From Candidatus Daviesbacteria bacterium (lineage in GTDB: Bacteria > Patescibacteriota > Microgenomatia > Daviesbacterales > UBA10151): a stretch of DNA of 64,000 nt. The first letter of the stretch is position 1; each line of letters begins with the position of its first letter. This document shows, piece after piece, positions 39,763 to 47,820 of the stretch. The notes below the pieces were generated by a model. It saw only the letters and a program-made list of their open reading frames with translations. It did no database searches and had not been told where the DNA came from. The stretch spans positions 12,845 through 76,844 of the forward strand of contig JAUYKM010000016.1 in assembly GCA_030699125.1 (NCBI GenBank), written 5' to 3'. The translations under genes and the position numbers were made by a program.

Positions 39763-40140
39763 TTAAATTTCATAACCAATCTTATTTCCCTCTAAGTGAT
39801 CTCTCAATGCTAATTCTCTTCCTGATCTAACGAAACTGGTACGAACTTCAAATGGTAGCCCAAATCCTGCTACTTCTTCTCTTAATTCTCTAGCGTATTG
39901 ACTAACCTTCCGAAGAGTGGGTTTTTCTAAGCCTTCTTCACTGGCTTCCTCAGTAAGTACACTCCATACAAAAACCCCAAAGGTTCCTTCTTTTTTTCCT
40001 CTTATAAAACCTTCGCTTATATATGTCTTCCGCGCTATTCCTAAATCTTCAACTTTCAATCCGTATGCTGATGTAGCTATTAAAAGACTCCATCCTGTTT
40101 TTGGTGGGTCTTCTCTTGCAGCTTCTAAATTAATTCCCAT
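39763..40140 (-). CDS. Hypothetical protein
   Basis: 125-aa ORF with TGaTATAAT 6 nt upstream of the ATG. Confidence 0.6.
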   Translation of the reverse strand: MGINLEAAREDPPKTGWSLLIATSAYGLKVEDLGIARKTYISEGFIRGKKEGTFGVFVWSVLTEEASEEGLEKPTLRKVSQYARELREEVAGFGLPFEVRTSFVRSGRELALRDHLEGNKIGYEI

Positions 40141-40162
40141 AATTGCATTATATCACACTTCT

Positions 40163-40264
40163 TTAAAGTTGCGTACCCACACCCGGTGTGTGGTAGGTAG
40201 ACACCTCAGGTACAGTTACACCTTTAGGTTTCGTCCAGGAAGCAAATTTGCAGGTTGGCCTGTT
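40163..40264 (-). pseudogene. Displaced former topA 3' end (NRPTCKFASWTKPKGVTVPEVSTYHTPGVGTQL*)
   Basis: 40223..40264 is 34/42 identical to topA 40850..40891; the CKFASWTKPK core differs only at 5 synonymous sites. Confidence 0.88.
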
Positions 40265-40508
40265 AACGAATTCTGTGAGAAATGGTAACTGATTGAACAG
40301 ACTCACCAGTTCTTCTTACACCTAATTTAGAGCCTAAAACCTGAGAGGCATTAAAAATTTCTATCCCTAAAAGTTCTCCCTTTTCGCCAAGCTCTAAACT
40401 AATATCAGGAGTAATCCCTCTGTGTTCCTCCTCAACACCACTTTTAATATTAAGCCACAAAATATCATGTTTTTTATCGTAATATACTTTTTGCTTAGTC
40501 TTCTTCAT
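40263..40508 (-). CDS. DUF2283-family putative antitoxin
   Basis: VYYDKKHDILWL...ITPDISLELGEKGELLGIEIFNAS pattern. Confidence 0.85.
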   Translation of the reverse strand: MKKTKQKVYYDKKHDILWLNIKSGVEEEHRGITPDISLELGEKGELLGIEIFNASQVLGSKLGVRRTGESVQSVTISHRIR

Positions 40509-40785
40509 TTTTTGCCCACCTTCCTCTTTTAAGTTTATTTTCAATCTCTTGCCTGGAAGTAGGATAAATAGTAACAGCTTGAATCTCTAACTCCATTATA
40601 GCATAGGCCACAACCATTGGACGAAGCTTTCCATTATATTCCATGTTTTTTACAACAATATCATAACCAGTATCCAGATCTTTATATTTTTCTTCAGAAT
40701 TCTGAATAATAACTTTAGGATAACTTTGTGGGATTTTTCTTTCTTTAAGACGAATTTTAAGATGAGGTATTAAAACAATTTTCAT
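40495..40785 (-). CDS. DUF4258-like putative toxin
   Basis: IPHLKIRLKERKIP...LRPMVVAY...AVTIYP...RW pattern; overlaps the DUF2283 gene. Confidence 0.75.
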   Translation of the reverse strand: MKIVLIPHLKIRLKERKIPQSYPKVIIQNSEEKYKDLDTGYDIVVKNMEYNGKLRPMVVAYAIMELEIQAVTIYPTSRQEIENKLKRGRWAKNEED

Positions 40786-40794
40786 TTTATTAAT

Positions 40795-40828
40795 GAGGTT
40801 ACTTCTCCCCTCCGGGGCTCGCAATGAC
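40795..40828 (-). repeat. GTCATTGCGAG-type element forming the last codons and stop of topA
   Basis: Minus strand GTCATTGCGAGCCCCGGAGGGGAGAAGTAACCTC; encodes VIASPGGEK*. Confidence 0.65.
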
Positions 40829-42943
40829 AAGTTCTTCTGGTTTATCAGACTTAGGCTTTGTCCAAGAAGCAAACTTGCAGACTGGCCAGTTTTTGCAGCC
40901 GTAAAAAGTTTTACCCCTTCTGGTATGTCTGACTACAATATCCCCACCATCTTGCGGACACTTAACATCAATTATTTCCTCTAAAGCTTCTGTATGACGG
41001 CATTTGGGAAAAGTGGAACAGGCCAGAAATTTACCAAACTTCCCTATCCTTATCACTAATTCATTACCACACTCCGGACATTTTTTACCAGCCAGTTGGG
41101 GTTCTATTTTCATTTTTTCTGCTTCTTTAAATGTTAACTCCAATTTTTTCTCAAATGGCTGGTAAAATTGTCTAACGGTGGGACGCCACTGTCTTTCCCC
41201 ATTGGCTATCTCATCCAGTTCATCCTCCATCTGGGCAGTAAAAGAATAATCAACAATATCCGGAAAATATTCCACTATAAAATCATTAACAGTAAAACCT
41301 AATTCTGTTGGAATAAATCTTCTTTCCATTCGCTCAACATAAAATCTTTCTTGAATGGTAGAAATAATGGGAGCATAGGTGGAAGGCCTACCAATTCCCA
41401 ACTCTTCTAATTTTTTAATAAGTGATGCTTCATTATACCGGGGTAGTGGTTCGGTAAAATGTTGATCAGGTAAAAGTTGAATTAAATTTAGAGAATCATT
41501 TTCCAAAAGTTTTGGCAATATTTTTTGACCGGTATCTTTCTCTCCCGCTTCGCCCACGCCTTCAGCGTCGCTCTGCGCGAAGCGAGGCGAGTCATCTTCC
41601 AGTTTTTCTTTTTCATAAAGTTTTAGCCAACCATTAAATTTGATTACTGAACCAGTTGCTCGAAGAAGATAACTATCAGCAGTCACGTCAATTGTGGTTT
41701 GGTCTAAAATTGCCTCATTCATTTGACAGGCCACAAATCTTTTCCAAATTAATTCATATAACCTGATATGATCCTTATTAAATCCATTTCTGGTCCTTAG
41801 ATCCTCACTCCTGACTCCAACATCAGTCACCCTGATTGCCTCATGTGCTTCTTGAGCATTTTTGGATTTTGATTTATAAATCCTGGGTTTGGTAGGTAAA
41901 TATGATCGGCCCAAAAAATCTGCAATGAATTTGCGGACAGCAAGAATGGCCGAGGAAGATAAATTAACTGAATCAGTTCTCATATAAGTTATCAGTCCTT
42001 GTTCATATAAATTTTGCGCCACCATCATGGTTTTTTTAGCAGACATACCCAATCTGTTGGAAGCAGCTTGTTGCAGGGTAGAGGTAATAAAAGGCGGATA
42101 AGGGAAACGGCGAACTTCTTTCTGAGTGATTTTGGAAACCACATACTGAGCTTTTTCCAGATTTTTAACATGCCCATCTACCTCCTCCTTATTCTTAATT
42201 TCCAGCTTCTTGCTATTTTGTTCTATTAGGATAGCAACAAAGTGATTTTTGTCATTCTGAGGCGAAGCCGAAGAATCTCTCAACTTGTTTGAGTCTCGCA
42301 TTCGCGAGAGATCCTTCACTTCGTTCAGGATGACACTTTGTGTCAATTCCGCCTCAATACTCCAATACTCTTGCGCTTTAAAAGCCTTAACTTCCCTTTC
42401 TCTTTCCACAATCAACCGCAAAGCCACTGACTGAACCCTACCAGCAGAAAGTCCTTTTTTAATTTTTTGCCAAAGCAGGGGGGATAATTTATAACCAACT
42501 AACCGATCCAAAACTCTTCTGGCCACCTGGGCATCCACTAATTTCAGATCTATTTGACGGGGTTGATTAAAGGCCTCTCTTATAGCTTCTTCGGTAATCT
42601 CATGAAAAACAACACGCTTTATGTCTTCACTTTTCACTTTTCCCTTATCACTTATCACTTGTTCCAAATGCCAGGCAATTGCCTCACCTTCCCGGTCAGG
42701 GTCGGTGGCAAGCCACAATGTATCTGCACCCTCCATCTCTTTTTTCATCTCATTAACTCTTTTTCTTTTATCTCTGGGGATAACATATTGGGGTTCAAAA
42801 TCATGCTCTATATCTACCCCAAGCTCTGATTTTGGCAAATCCCTCACATGTCCCATTGAGGCCTCAATAGTGTATTTATCCCCCAAAAATTTTTGCAAGG
42901 TCCTGGCTTTGGTAGGTGATTCCACGATTACTAAATTATTCAT
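40799..42943 (-). CDS. topA: DNA topoisomerase I
   Basis: LVIVESPTKA, ATDPDREGEAIAWH, SAGRVQS, ITYMRTDS, GIGRPSTY and C-terminal zinc ribbons. Confidence 0.98.
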   Translation of the reverse strand: MNNLVIVESPTKARTLQKFLGDKYTIEASMGHVRDLPKSELGVDIEHDFEPQYVIPRDKRKRVNEMKKEMEGADTLWLATDPDREGEAIAWHLEQVISDKGKVKSEDIKRVVFHEITEEAIREAFNQPRQIDLKLVDAQVARRVLDRLVGYKLSPLLWQKIKKGLSAGRVQSVALRLIVEREREVKAFKAQEYWSIEAELTQSVILNEVKDLSRMRDSNKLRDSSASPQNDKNHFVAILIEQNSKKLEIKNKEEVDGHVKNLEKAQYVVSKITQKEVRRFPYPPFITSTLQQAASNRLGMSAKKTMMVAQNLYEQGLITYMRTDSVNLSSSAILAVRKFIADFLGRSYLPTKPRIYKSKSKNAQEAHEAIRVTDVGVRSEDLRTRNGFNKDHIRLYELIWKRFVACQMNEAILDQTTIDVTADSYLLRATGSVIKFNGWLKLYEKEKLEDDSPRFAQSDAEGVGEAGEKDTGQKILPKLLENDSLNLIQLLPDQHFTEPLPRYNEASLIKKLEELGIGRPSTYAPIISTIQERFYVERMERRFIPTELGFTVNDFIVEYFPDIVDYSFTAQMEDELDEIANGERQWRPTVRQFYQPFEKKLELTFKEAEKMKIEPQLAGKKCPECGNELVIRIGKFGKFLACSTFPKCRHTEALEEIIDVKCPQDGGDIVVRHTRRGKTFYGCKNWPVCKFASWTKPKSDKPEELVIASPGGEK
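41544..41592. repeat. GC-rich GCTTCGC-type palindromic insertion, in frame in topA
   Basis: CCCGCTTCGCCCACGCCTTCAGCGTCGCTCTGCGCGAAGCGAGGCGAG; encodes SPRFAQSDAEGVGEAG. Confidence 0.7.
42251..42334. repeat. 84-bp composite inverted element (family B), in frame in topA
   Basis: GTCATTCTGAGGCGAAGCCGAAGAATCTC...GAGATCCTTCACTTCGTTCAGGATGAC; encodes VILNEVKDLSRMRDSNKLRDSSASPQND. Confidence 0.85.
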
Positions 42944-42961
42944 ATTAATTATCTTTTCTCT

Positions 42962-42988
42962 GTCATTCTGAGTGTAACGAAGAATCTC
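42962..42988. repeat. Family B element in the topA 5' region
   Basis: GTCATTCTGAGTGTAACGAAGAATCTC. Confidence 0.7.
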
Positions 42989-43033
42989 TTGCGAATGCAA
43001 GAATCATTATACAGAAGAAGTCAAATTTTTTAG

Positions 43034-43288
43034 TCATTCAAAATCCGAATCCAAAACCTGGGGATTAACTTTTTCTAACTCTTGCTTTAAATCAGTTGAT
43101 GAGTCAAACTGAAAAGTTTTGGGAGCATTCGGGGTGGGGATTGGCGTAGGATTAGAATTTATTTCACTTTGATTATTTGAAGAACTTTCAGGACTAACTA
43201 ATTGTTTAGCTTGATTTCGCAAAGGCCCAAATACAACTAACCCTATTCCTACTATTATTATAATACTTATAATTATTATCTTTTTCAT
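43034..43288 (-). CDS. Small membrane-anchored hypothetical protein
   Basis: N-terminal TM helix and a P/T-rich linker. Confidence 0.7.
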   Translation of the reverse strand: MKKIIIISIIIIVGIGLVVFGPLRNQAKQLVSPESSSNNQSEINSNPTPIPTPNAPKTFQFDSSTDLKQELEKVNPQVLDSDFE

Positions 43289-43310
43289 CCTTAATCTTAG
43301 CTCCTAGTTC

Positions 43311-43679
43311 CTAGTTCTCCAATGCTTTTTCCACTTCCCCTTTAGCTCTTAACACTTTTCCCTTTAAAACTACCAAACTATTTCTTAATTTATTTTCAGA
43401 AGAAAAATTTTGCGCCCGCTGGAAGGCAATTGCCTCAGCAGTATAGGTGATCCAATAATCAGCAGTTTCAATAGTTGTATCCACGTTGCCAAAAGCCACC
43501 CTAGTTTCCTGTATTCCCTGCCTTGTTCTTAATTCCTCCATTATTGCAGCCATCCGGGAAACATCCTCCTCAAACCTAGTGCAAATCTTCTGATTCACCT
43601 CACCTAAAGATGGTACCGCATAAACCGTAATAGGGAAAAATACCGCTAATAAAGAAAGTGCAAAAATTAAACCTCTCAT
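43311..43679 (-). CDS. Secreted hypothetical protein
   Basis: Signal peptide ending VYA; helical body. Confidence 0.7.
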   Translation of the reverse strand: MRGLIFALSLLAVFFPITVYAVPSLGEVNQKICTRFEEDVSRMAAIMEELRTRQGIQETRVAFGNVDTTIETADYWITYTAEAIAFQRAQNFSSENKLRNSLVVLKGKVLRAKGEVEKALEN

Positions 43680-43724
43680 TATTAAAACTTTACCACAATT
43701 GACTGACTGACATTACCACACTTT

Positions 43725-43771
43725 GTCATCCCGACGATTGATAATTAGATTCCTGCATTTGCAGGAATGAC
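43725..43771. repeat. Family A element (partly decayed pair) right after the Clp ATPase stop
   Basis: GTCATCCCG...TAGATTCCTGCATTTGCAGGAATGAC. Confidence 0.75.
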
Positions 43772-43773
43772 GT

Positions 43774-46284
43774 TTATGAAACTACCAACTCCACCCCAAC
43801 TTTAAATGTCTGACCTTTAACTAATTTATTTTCCAAAATCATCCTAGAAAGATTGGCTTCTAAAGTATCTTGAATCAATCTTCGAAGAGGTCTTGCTCCA
43901 AGTACTGGGTCAAAACCTCTTTTTGCCAATTCTCCCACCAACTCAGGAGAAAATTCCATCAAATATCCTTTTTCTTTCATCTGATTTTGCAATTGATTCA
44001 GTTTCAGTCTGACAATTTTTTGCAAATCTTCTTGTGAAAGCGGTTTAAACAACACCACATCATCAAAGCGATTTATCAGTTCCGGTTTGAAAACTTGCAA
44101 TATCTCATCATTTACCTGTTTATCCAAACTTTCTAAGGTTTGTCCTGTTTCCAAACCTTTGGCAATTGTTAAAGAAGCCGCATTAGAGGTGGCAATAATA
44201 ATGGTATTGGTAAAATCAATTGTCCTACCTGCCCCATCAGTTAATCTGCCATCTTCCAAAACTTGTAAAAATAAAGTTAAAATTTTAGGGTCTGCTTTCT
44301 CAAACTCATCCAAAAGAAGCAATGCATATGGTTTACTTCTAATGGCCTCCGTTAATAATCCACCTCCTTCCGATCCACCGATTAACCGACTCACCGACTC
44401 ACTGGATTGATATTCCGACATATCAAAACGGATAAAAGCTCCTTCTGTTTTAAAGTAAACTTCGGATAATGCTTTAGCTACCTCAGTTTTCCCTACACCG
44501 GTTGGACCCACAAATAAAAATGACCCGATTGGTCTTTTTTCTTCCCTTAATCCTGTGGCTGATCTTCTTAAACTATCAGAAATAACTTTAACTGCCTGCT
44601 CCTGATCTATAATCTTTTGATGTAAATCCTGCTCCAAATTAAGCAGTTTGCTATTATCCGCATTACCTATTTCTACAATGGGCACTTTGACCCGCTCAGA
44701 AATAATTTTAGTCACCACCTTTTTTGTGATCCAGCCATTTTGAGCTTGAGTCTGAGCCTCTTTTAAAATGCTCATAGCTGAATCAGGCAGAACTCGATCA
44801 TGGACCATTTTGGCGGATAGTTCAGCTACACTTTTTATGGCAAGGTATGTGGTTTTGATCTTACTATTCTTAGCAAAATTAATCGATCTGGATTCCAAAA
44901 TATTAATGGTATCATCTATTGATGCAGGAGATAATTCAACTTTAATAAATAGTCTGGCAAAAGCCCCATTTTTTTCCAAAATTTTGCTGTAGTTTTCCGG
45001 CTCAGTGGTGCCAATAAATTGAAATTTGTCGGATTCCAGATATGGAAGAATTAATGAGTAAAGATTTAAGCTTAATCCTGCTTCTCCCATCCCTAAATTG
45101 TGAATTTCCTCCACAGCCAGGATGACATTTTGAGCAAACTCCACCTCCTCAAAAATATCTTTAATCTTTTCAGCCAATTCTCCCTGAGTTTTAATACCGG
45201 ATAAGAGTTTGGTTAAATCCAAAAGCATTAACCTTTTAATAGCTAGAGCCTCCGGCGCATCCCCTCTGACAATTAGTCTGGCCAGGTGTCTCACCAGGGC
45301 GGATTTACCTGCTCCAGGTTCTGCCACCACCACTACATTTTTACCAGTTTGTTGAGATAAGATATTTACAATGTGTTCCACCACCCCATTGGTTCTGATG
45401 AAATTGATACTTCCTTGAGTGGCAGCGGTTTTGGTCAAATCTTCCCCAGACCTATCCAAATTGGGAGTTGGTGTTCCCAACCAACCTCGATTAATACCTT
45501 TGAGATGATGTATGAAGAAATCATCATTCCAAATCCACACCTTTTTCCATTGATTTCTTTTTTTCTCCAGATAAAAGAGAGTTTGGCGGAAATCCTCCAA
45601 GGCAAGATTATATTTTATTAACTCATTTTCAATATGAGGAATATTAAAAAGCGCTGCCACAAAAAAATGTGAAGCCCTGATATATTCACTTCCTCCATCC
45701 TTAGCCAACTGATATGCCAGATACCCCACCCCTTGCCAATCCTCAATATCAGAATTCGAGATCATTTCTGGTTTTATTTCCAGAAAAGTTAAGAAATAAT
45801 TAATCTGAGAACTTTTTAAAAGTTTATTAAAATTTAGATCCTTTTTTTTAATTTCCGCACATTGCCAAAATTCCTCTCTTGACTTTATTTGCCAGACTTT
45901 TTTGTGAGGATGTAAAGAAACATGGAGAATAAATAACCCCACTCCTGCCAAAAATAAAACAGCACTAACAATAAACGGAATATTTATAATTGCTAGGATT
46001 GGTAGCAAAAACCAGTAAATGGATATCGCCAAAATCAGCACAGTTGCCAAAAGATAAGCAAATAGCCCAATGATAATTCTTGTGAACCTAAACAGAAAAC
46101 TTAAAATTCTTCCCACAATTGAGGAGTCATGAAAAAGAGGAGTAAATATCAATCTCCACATCAGTCCTACGGTCAAATCTTCCTCCAAAAGCAGGATGAG
46201 ATTCCTCCAAGTTCTGATAAAAGTATCCAAGCCCTCTATATACCAGAAACGTACAAGGTGAATTGGCAGGTATAAGTATTTCAT
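43774..46284 (-). CDS. ClpA/B/C-like AAA+ ATPase with N-terminal transmembrane helices
   Basis: NBD1 AEPGAGKS and VEEIH; NBD2 GPTGVGKTE, DMSEY, DEFEKA, KPELINRFD and GARPLRR; hydrophobic residues about 60-125. Confidence 0.88.
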   Translation of the reverse strand: MKYLYLPIHLVRFWYIEGLDTFIRTWRNLILLLEEDLTVGLMWRLIFTPLFHDSSIVGRILSFLFRFTRIIIGLFAYLLATVLILAISIYWFLLPILAIINIPFIVSAVLFLAGVGLFILHVSLHPHKKVWQIKSREEFWQCAEIKKKDLNFNKLLKSSQINYFLTFLEIKPEMISNSDIEDWQGVGYLAYQLAKDGGSEYIRASHFFVAALFNIPHIENELIKYNLALEDFRQTLFYLEKKRNQWKKVWIWNDDFFIHHLKGINRGWLGTPTPNLDRSGEDLTKTAATQGSINFIRTNGVVEHIVNILSQQTGKNVVVVAEPGAGKSALVRHLARLIVRGDAPEALAIKRLMLLDLTKLLSGIKTQGELAEKIKDIFEEVEFAQNVILAVEEIHNLGMGEAGLSLNLYSLILPYLESDKFQFIGTTEPENYSKILEKNGAFARLFIKVELSPASIDDTINILESRSINFAKNSKIKTTYLAIKSVAELSAKMVHDRVLPDSAMSILKEAQTQAQNGWITKKVVTKIISERVKVPIVEIGNADNSKLLNLEQDLHQKIIDQEQAVKVISDSLRRSATGLREEKRPIGSFLFVGPTGVGKTEVAKALSEVYFKTEGAFIRFDMSEYQSSESVSRLIGGSEGGGLLTEAIRSKPYALLLLDEFEKADPKILTLFLQVLEDGRLTDGAGRTIDFTNTIIIATSNAASLTIAKGLETGQTLESLDKQVNDEILQVFKPELINRFDDVVLFKPLSQEDLQKIVRLKLNQLQNQMKEKGYLMEFSPELVGELAKRGFDPVLGARPLRRLIQDTLEANLSRMILENKLVKGQTFKVGVELVVS

Positions 46285-46289
46285 GTTAG

Positions 46290-46357
46290 TCGTCAGCTGT
46301 CAGCTTTCAGTCGTCAGACAATTTATAATTTTTCTTATAGCTGATGACTGATAGCTA
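46290..46357. repeat. Inverted heptamer tandem tracts
   Basis: TCGTCAG CTGTCAG CTTTCAG TCGTCAG ... CTGATGA CTGATAG. Confidence 0.65.
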
Positions 46358-46720
46358 TCTCACTCTTACTAAATTTCCATTCAGGTCTAATTCAACAAAA
46401 TGTTCAGCTCTGCCTTCTCGAAAAGCCGCGCACTGATTTTGATCTAAATCATCTATGTCCTGACGAGGCTCGTGGACCATATCCACCACCCAGTCTGGCA
46501 TCAGAGCATTTGTTAAGCAAGGTCCCTCAGAAAAATTTAGCCCTTCTTCTTTTCTTAGTTGATATAAATACCTGGCCTGATTTACGGCCGTACTAATTTC
46601 ATCTTTGGTAATATAGTCTTTTTGAAAATCTACATTAAGTATTAAGGTTAAGGCTGCCACGAGTATTACAAAGGTTAAGGTTAAGATTAAAAACACAAAT
46701 TTGGGAATTGTCTTCATCAT
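46355..46720 (-). CDS. Membrane-anchored hypothetical protein
   Basis: N-terminal TM; GPCL...DWVVD...NQC...HFVELD. Confidence 0.7.
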   Translation of the reverse strand: MMKTIPKFVFLILTLTFVILVAALTLILNVDFQKDYITKDEISTAVNQARYLYQLRKEEGLNFSEGPCLTNALMPDWVVDMVHEPRQDIDDLDQNQCAAFREGRAEHFVELDLNGNLVRVR

Positions 46721-46740
46721 AAACATTATCTCATCAATCC

Positions 46741-47820
46741 TCACACTCGACAATAGTTGCCGCTACCCAAGTTTTGGACCAGACCGAAGATCTCCATTTT
46801 CAGGAGGTTGGCAGAGATTGTGGCTGCCGACAGATTTAGCATTCTTGAAATTTCATCAATATGCAACGTTTCATTTTCCAAACATTCCAAGATTCTTTTT
46901 TCTTCTTCTGTTATTTCCCTTAATTCTTGATTCTTAATTCTTAATTCTTTCTTTAATCCCATCTCATCCAAAATCTCACCGGCATCAAAAACCGCCTTTG
47001 CCCCTGTTTTTATTAAATCTATCGGCCCTCTTGATAAACTAGAGGTAACCGGGCCAGGCACGGCAAAAACTTCCTTGCCCCCCTCAACTGCTAATCTGGC
47101 AGTGATTAATGATCCTGAATCGGAGGCTGCCTCGGTGACCAGAATTGCCTTCGATAAACCGGCGATAATTCTATTCCTGGAGGGAAAATTACCCGGGAGG
47201 GAGGGGTAAGAAGGAGGAAATTCAGACATCACTGCCCCAAAACCTTCACTGATTTTTCTGGCCAAATCACGATTTTCCGGAGGAAAAATGTTGTTTAACC
47301 CCCCTCCTAAAACTGCCAGAGTCCTGCCACGATTTTCAATGGCAGTCTGGTGTGCCATTCCATCTACGCCTCTGGCCAGACCTGATACAATTGTTAATCC
47401 GGCTGAGACCAAATCTTGAACAAATTGTTTGGTCACGGCCCGACCATAACCGGTAATCTTTCTGGTTCCCACCACCCCGATGGCATTTTCATCTTGGGGT
47501 TTAATCTCTCCTTTGTAATATAAAACAATTGGCGGATCGTAAATCTCTTTTAAAAGTCTAGGGTAGCTTTCATCATAAATGGTCAGCCATTTAATACCTG
47601 ATTTTTGGATTGAATCTGCATAAGTTTCCAGGTCTAATTTCTGACGCGTTTGAACCAACAATTCCGCCACATTTTGGGGAATCCCAATCTTTCTTATTTC
47701 CCCAATATCCGCTTCCCAAGCCAATTTTGGATCTTTAAAATAATCCAAAATTGCTTTTAGCCTAATCGGCCCCAGGCCATCGATGCTATGTAAAGCCATC
47801 AGGTATGGAATATTATTCAT
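46741..47820 (-). CDS. dprA: DNA-processing protein DprA
   Basis: VVGTRK, IVSGLARGVDG, FPSRNRIIAGLS, SGSLITA and VFAVPG motifs. Confidence 0.96.
   Translation of the reverse strand: MNNIPYLMALHSIDGLGPIRLKAILDYFKDPKLAWEADIGEIRKIGIPQNVAELLVQTRQKLDLETYADSIQKSGIKWLTIYDESYPRLLKEIYDPPIVLYYKGEIKPQDENAIGVVGTRKITGYGRAVTKQFVQDLVSAGLTIVSGLARGVDGMAHQTAIENRGRTLAVLGGGLNNIFPPENRDLARKISEGFGAVMSEFPPSYPSLPGNFPSRNRIIAGLSKAILVTEAASDSGSLITARLAVEGGKEVFAVPGPVTSSLSRGPIDLIKTGAKAVFDAGEILDEMGLKKELRIKNQELREITEEEKRILECLENETLHIDEISRMLNLSAATISANLLKMEIFGLVQNLGSGNYCRV

Larger units (their letters stand above)
40263..40891 (-). mobile_element. Integrated toxin-antitoxin islet that supplies the current topA 3' end
   Basis: TA pair lies between two copies of the topA 3' coding segment; no integrase inside. 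Confidence 0.65.

Noticed and set aside
40786-40872. N-terminal extension of the toxin (SLRAPEGRSNL), and likewise of TopA (42944..43000, MHSQEILRYTQND)
   Set aside because: These are read-ins through repeat elements; the family-like starts are ATG 40785 and ATG 42943.
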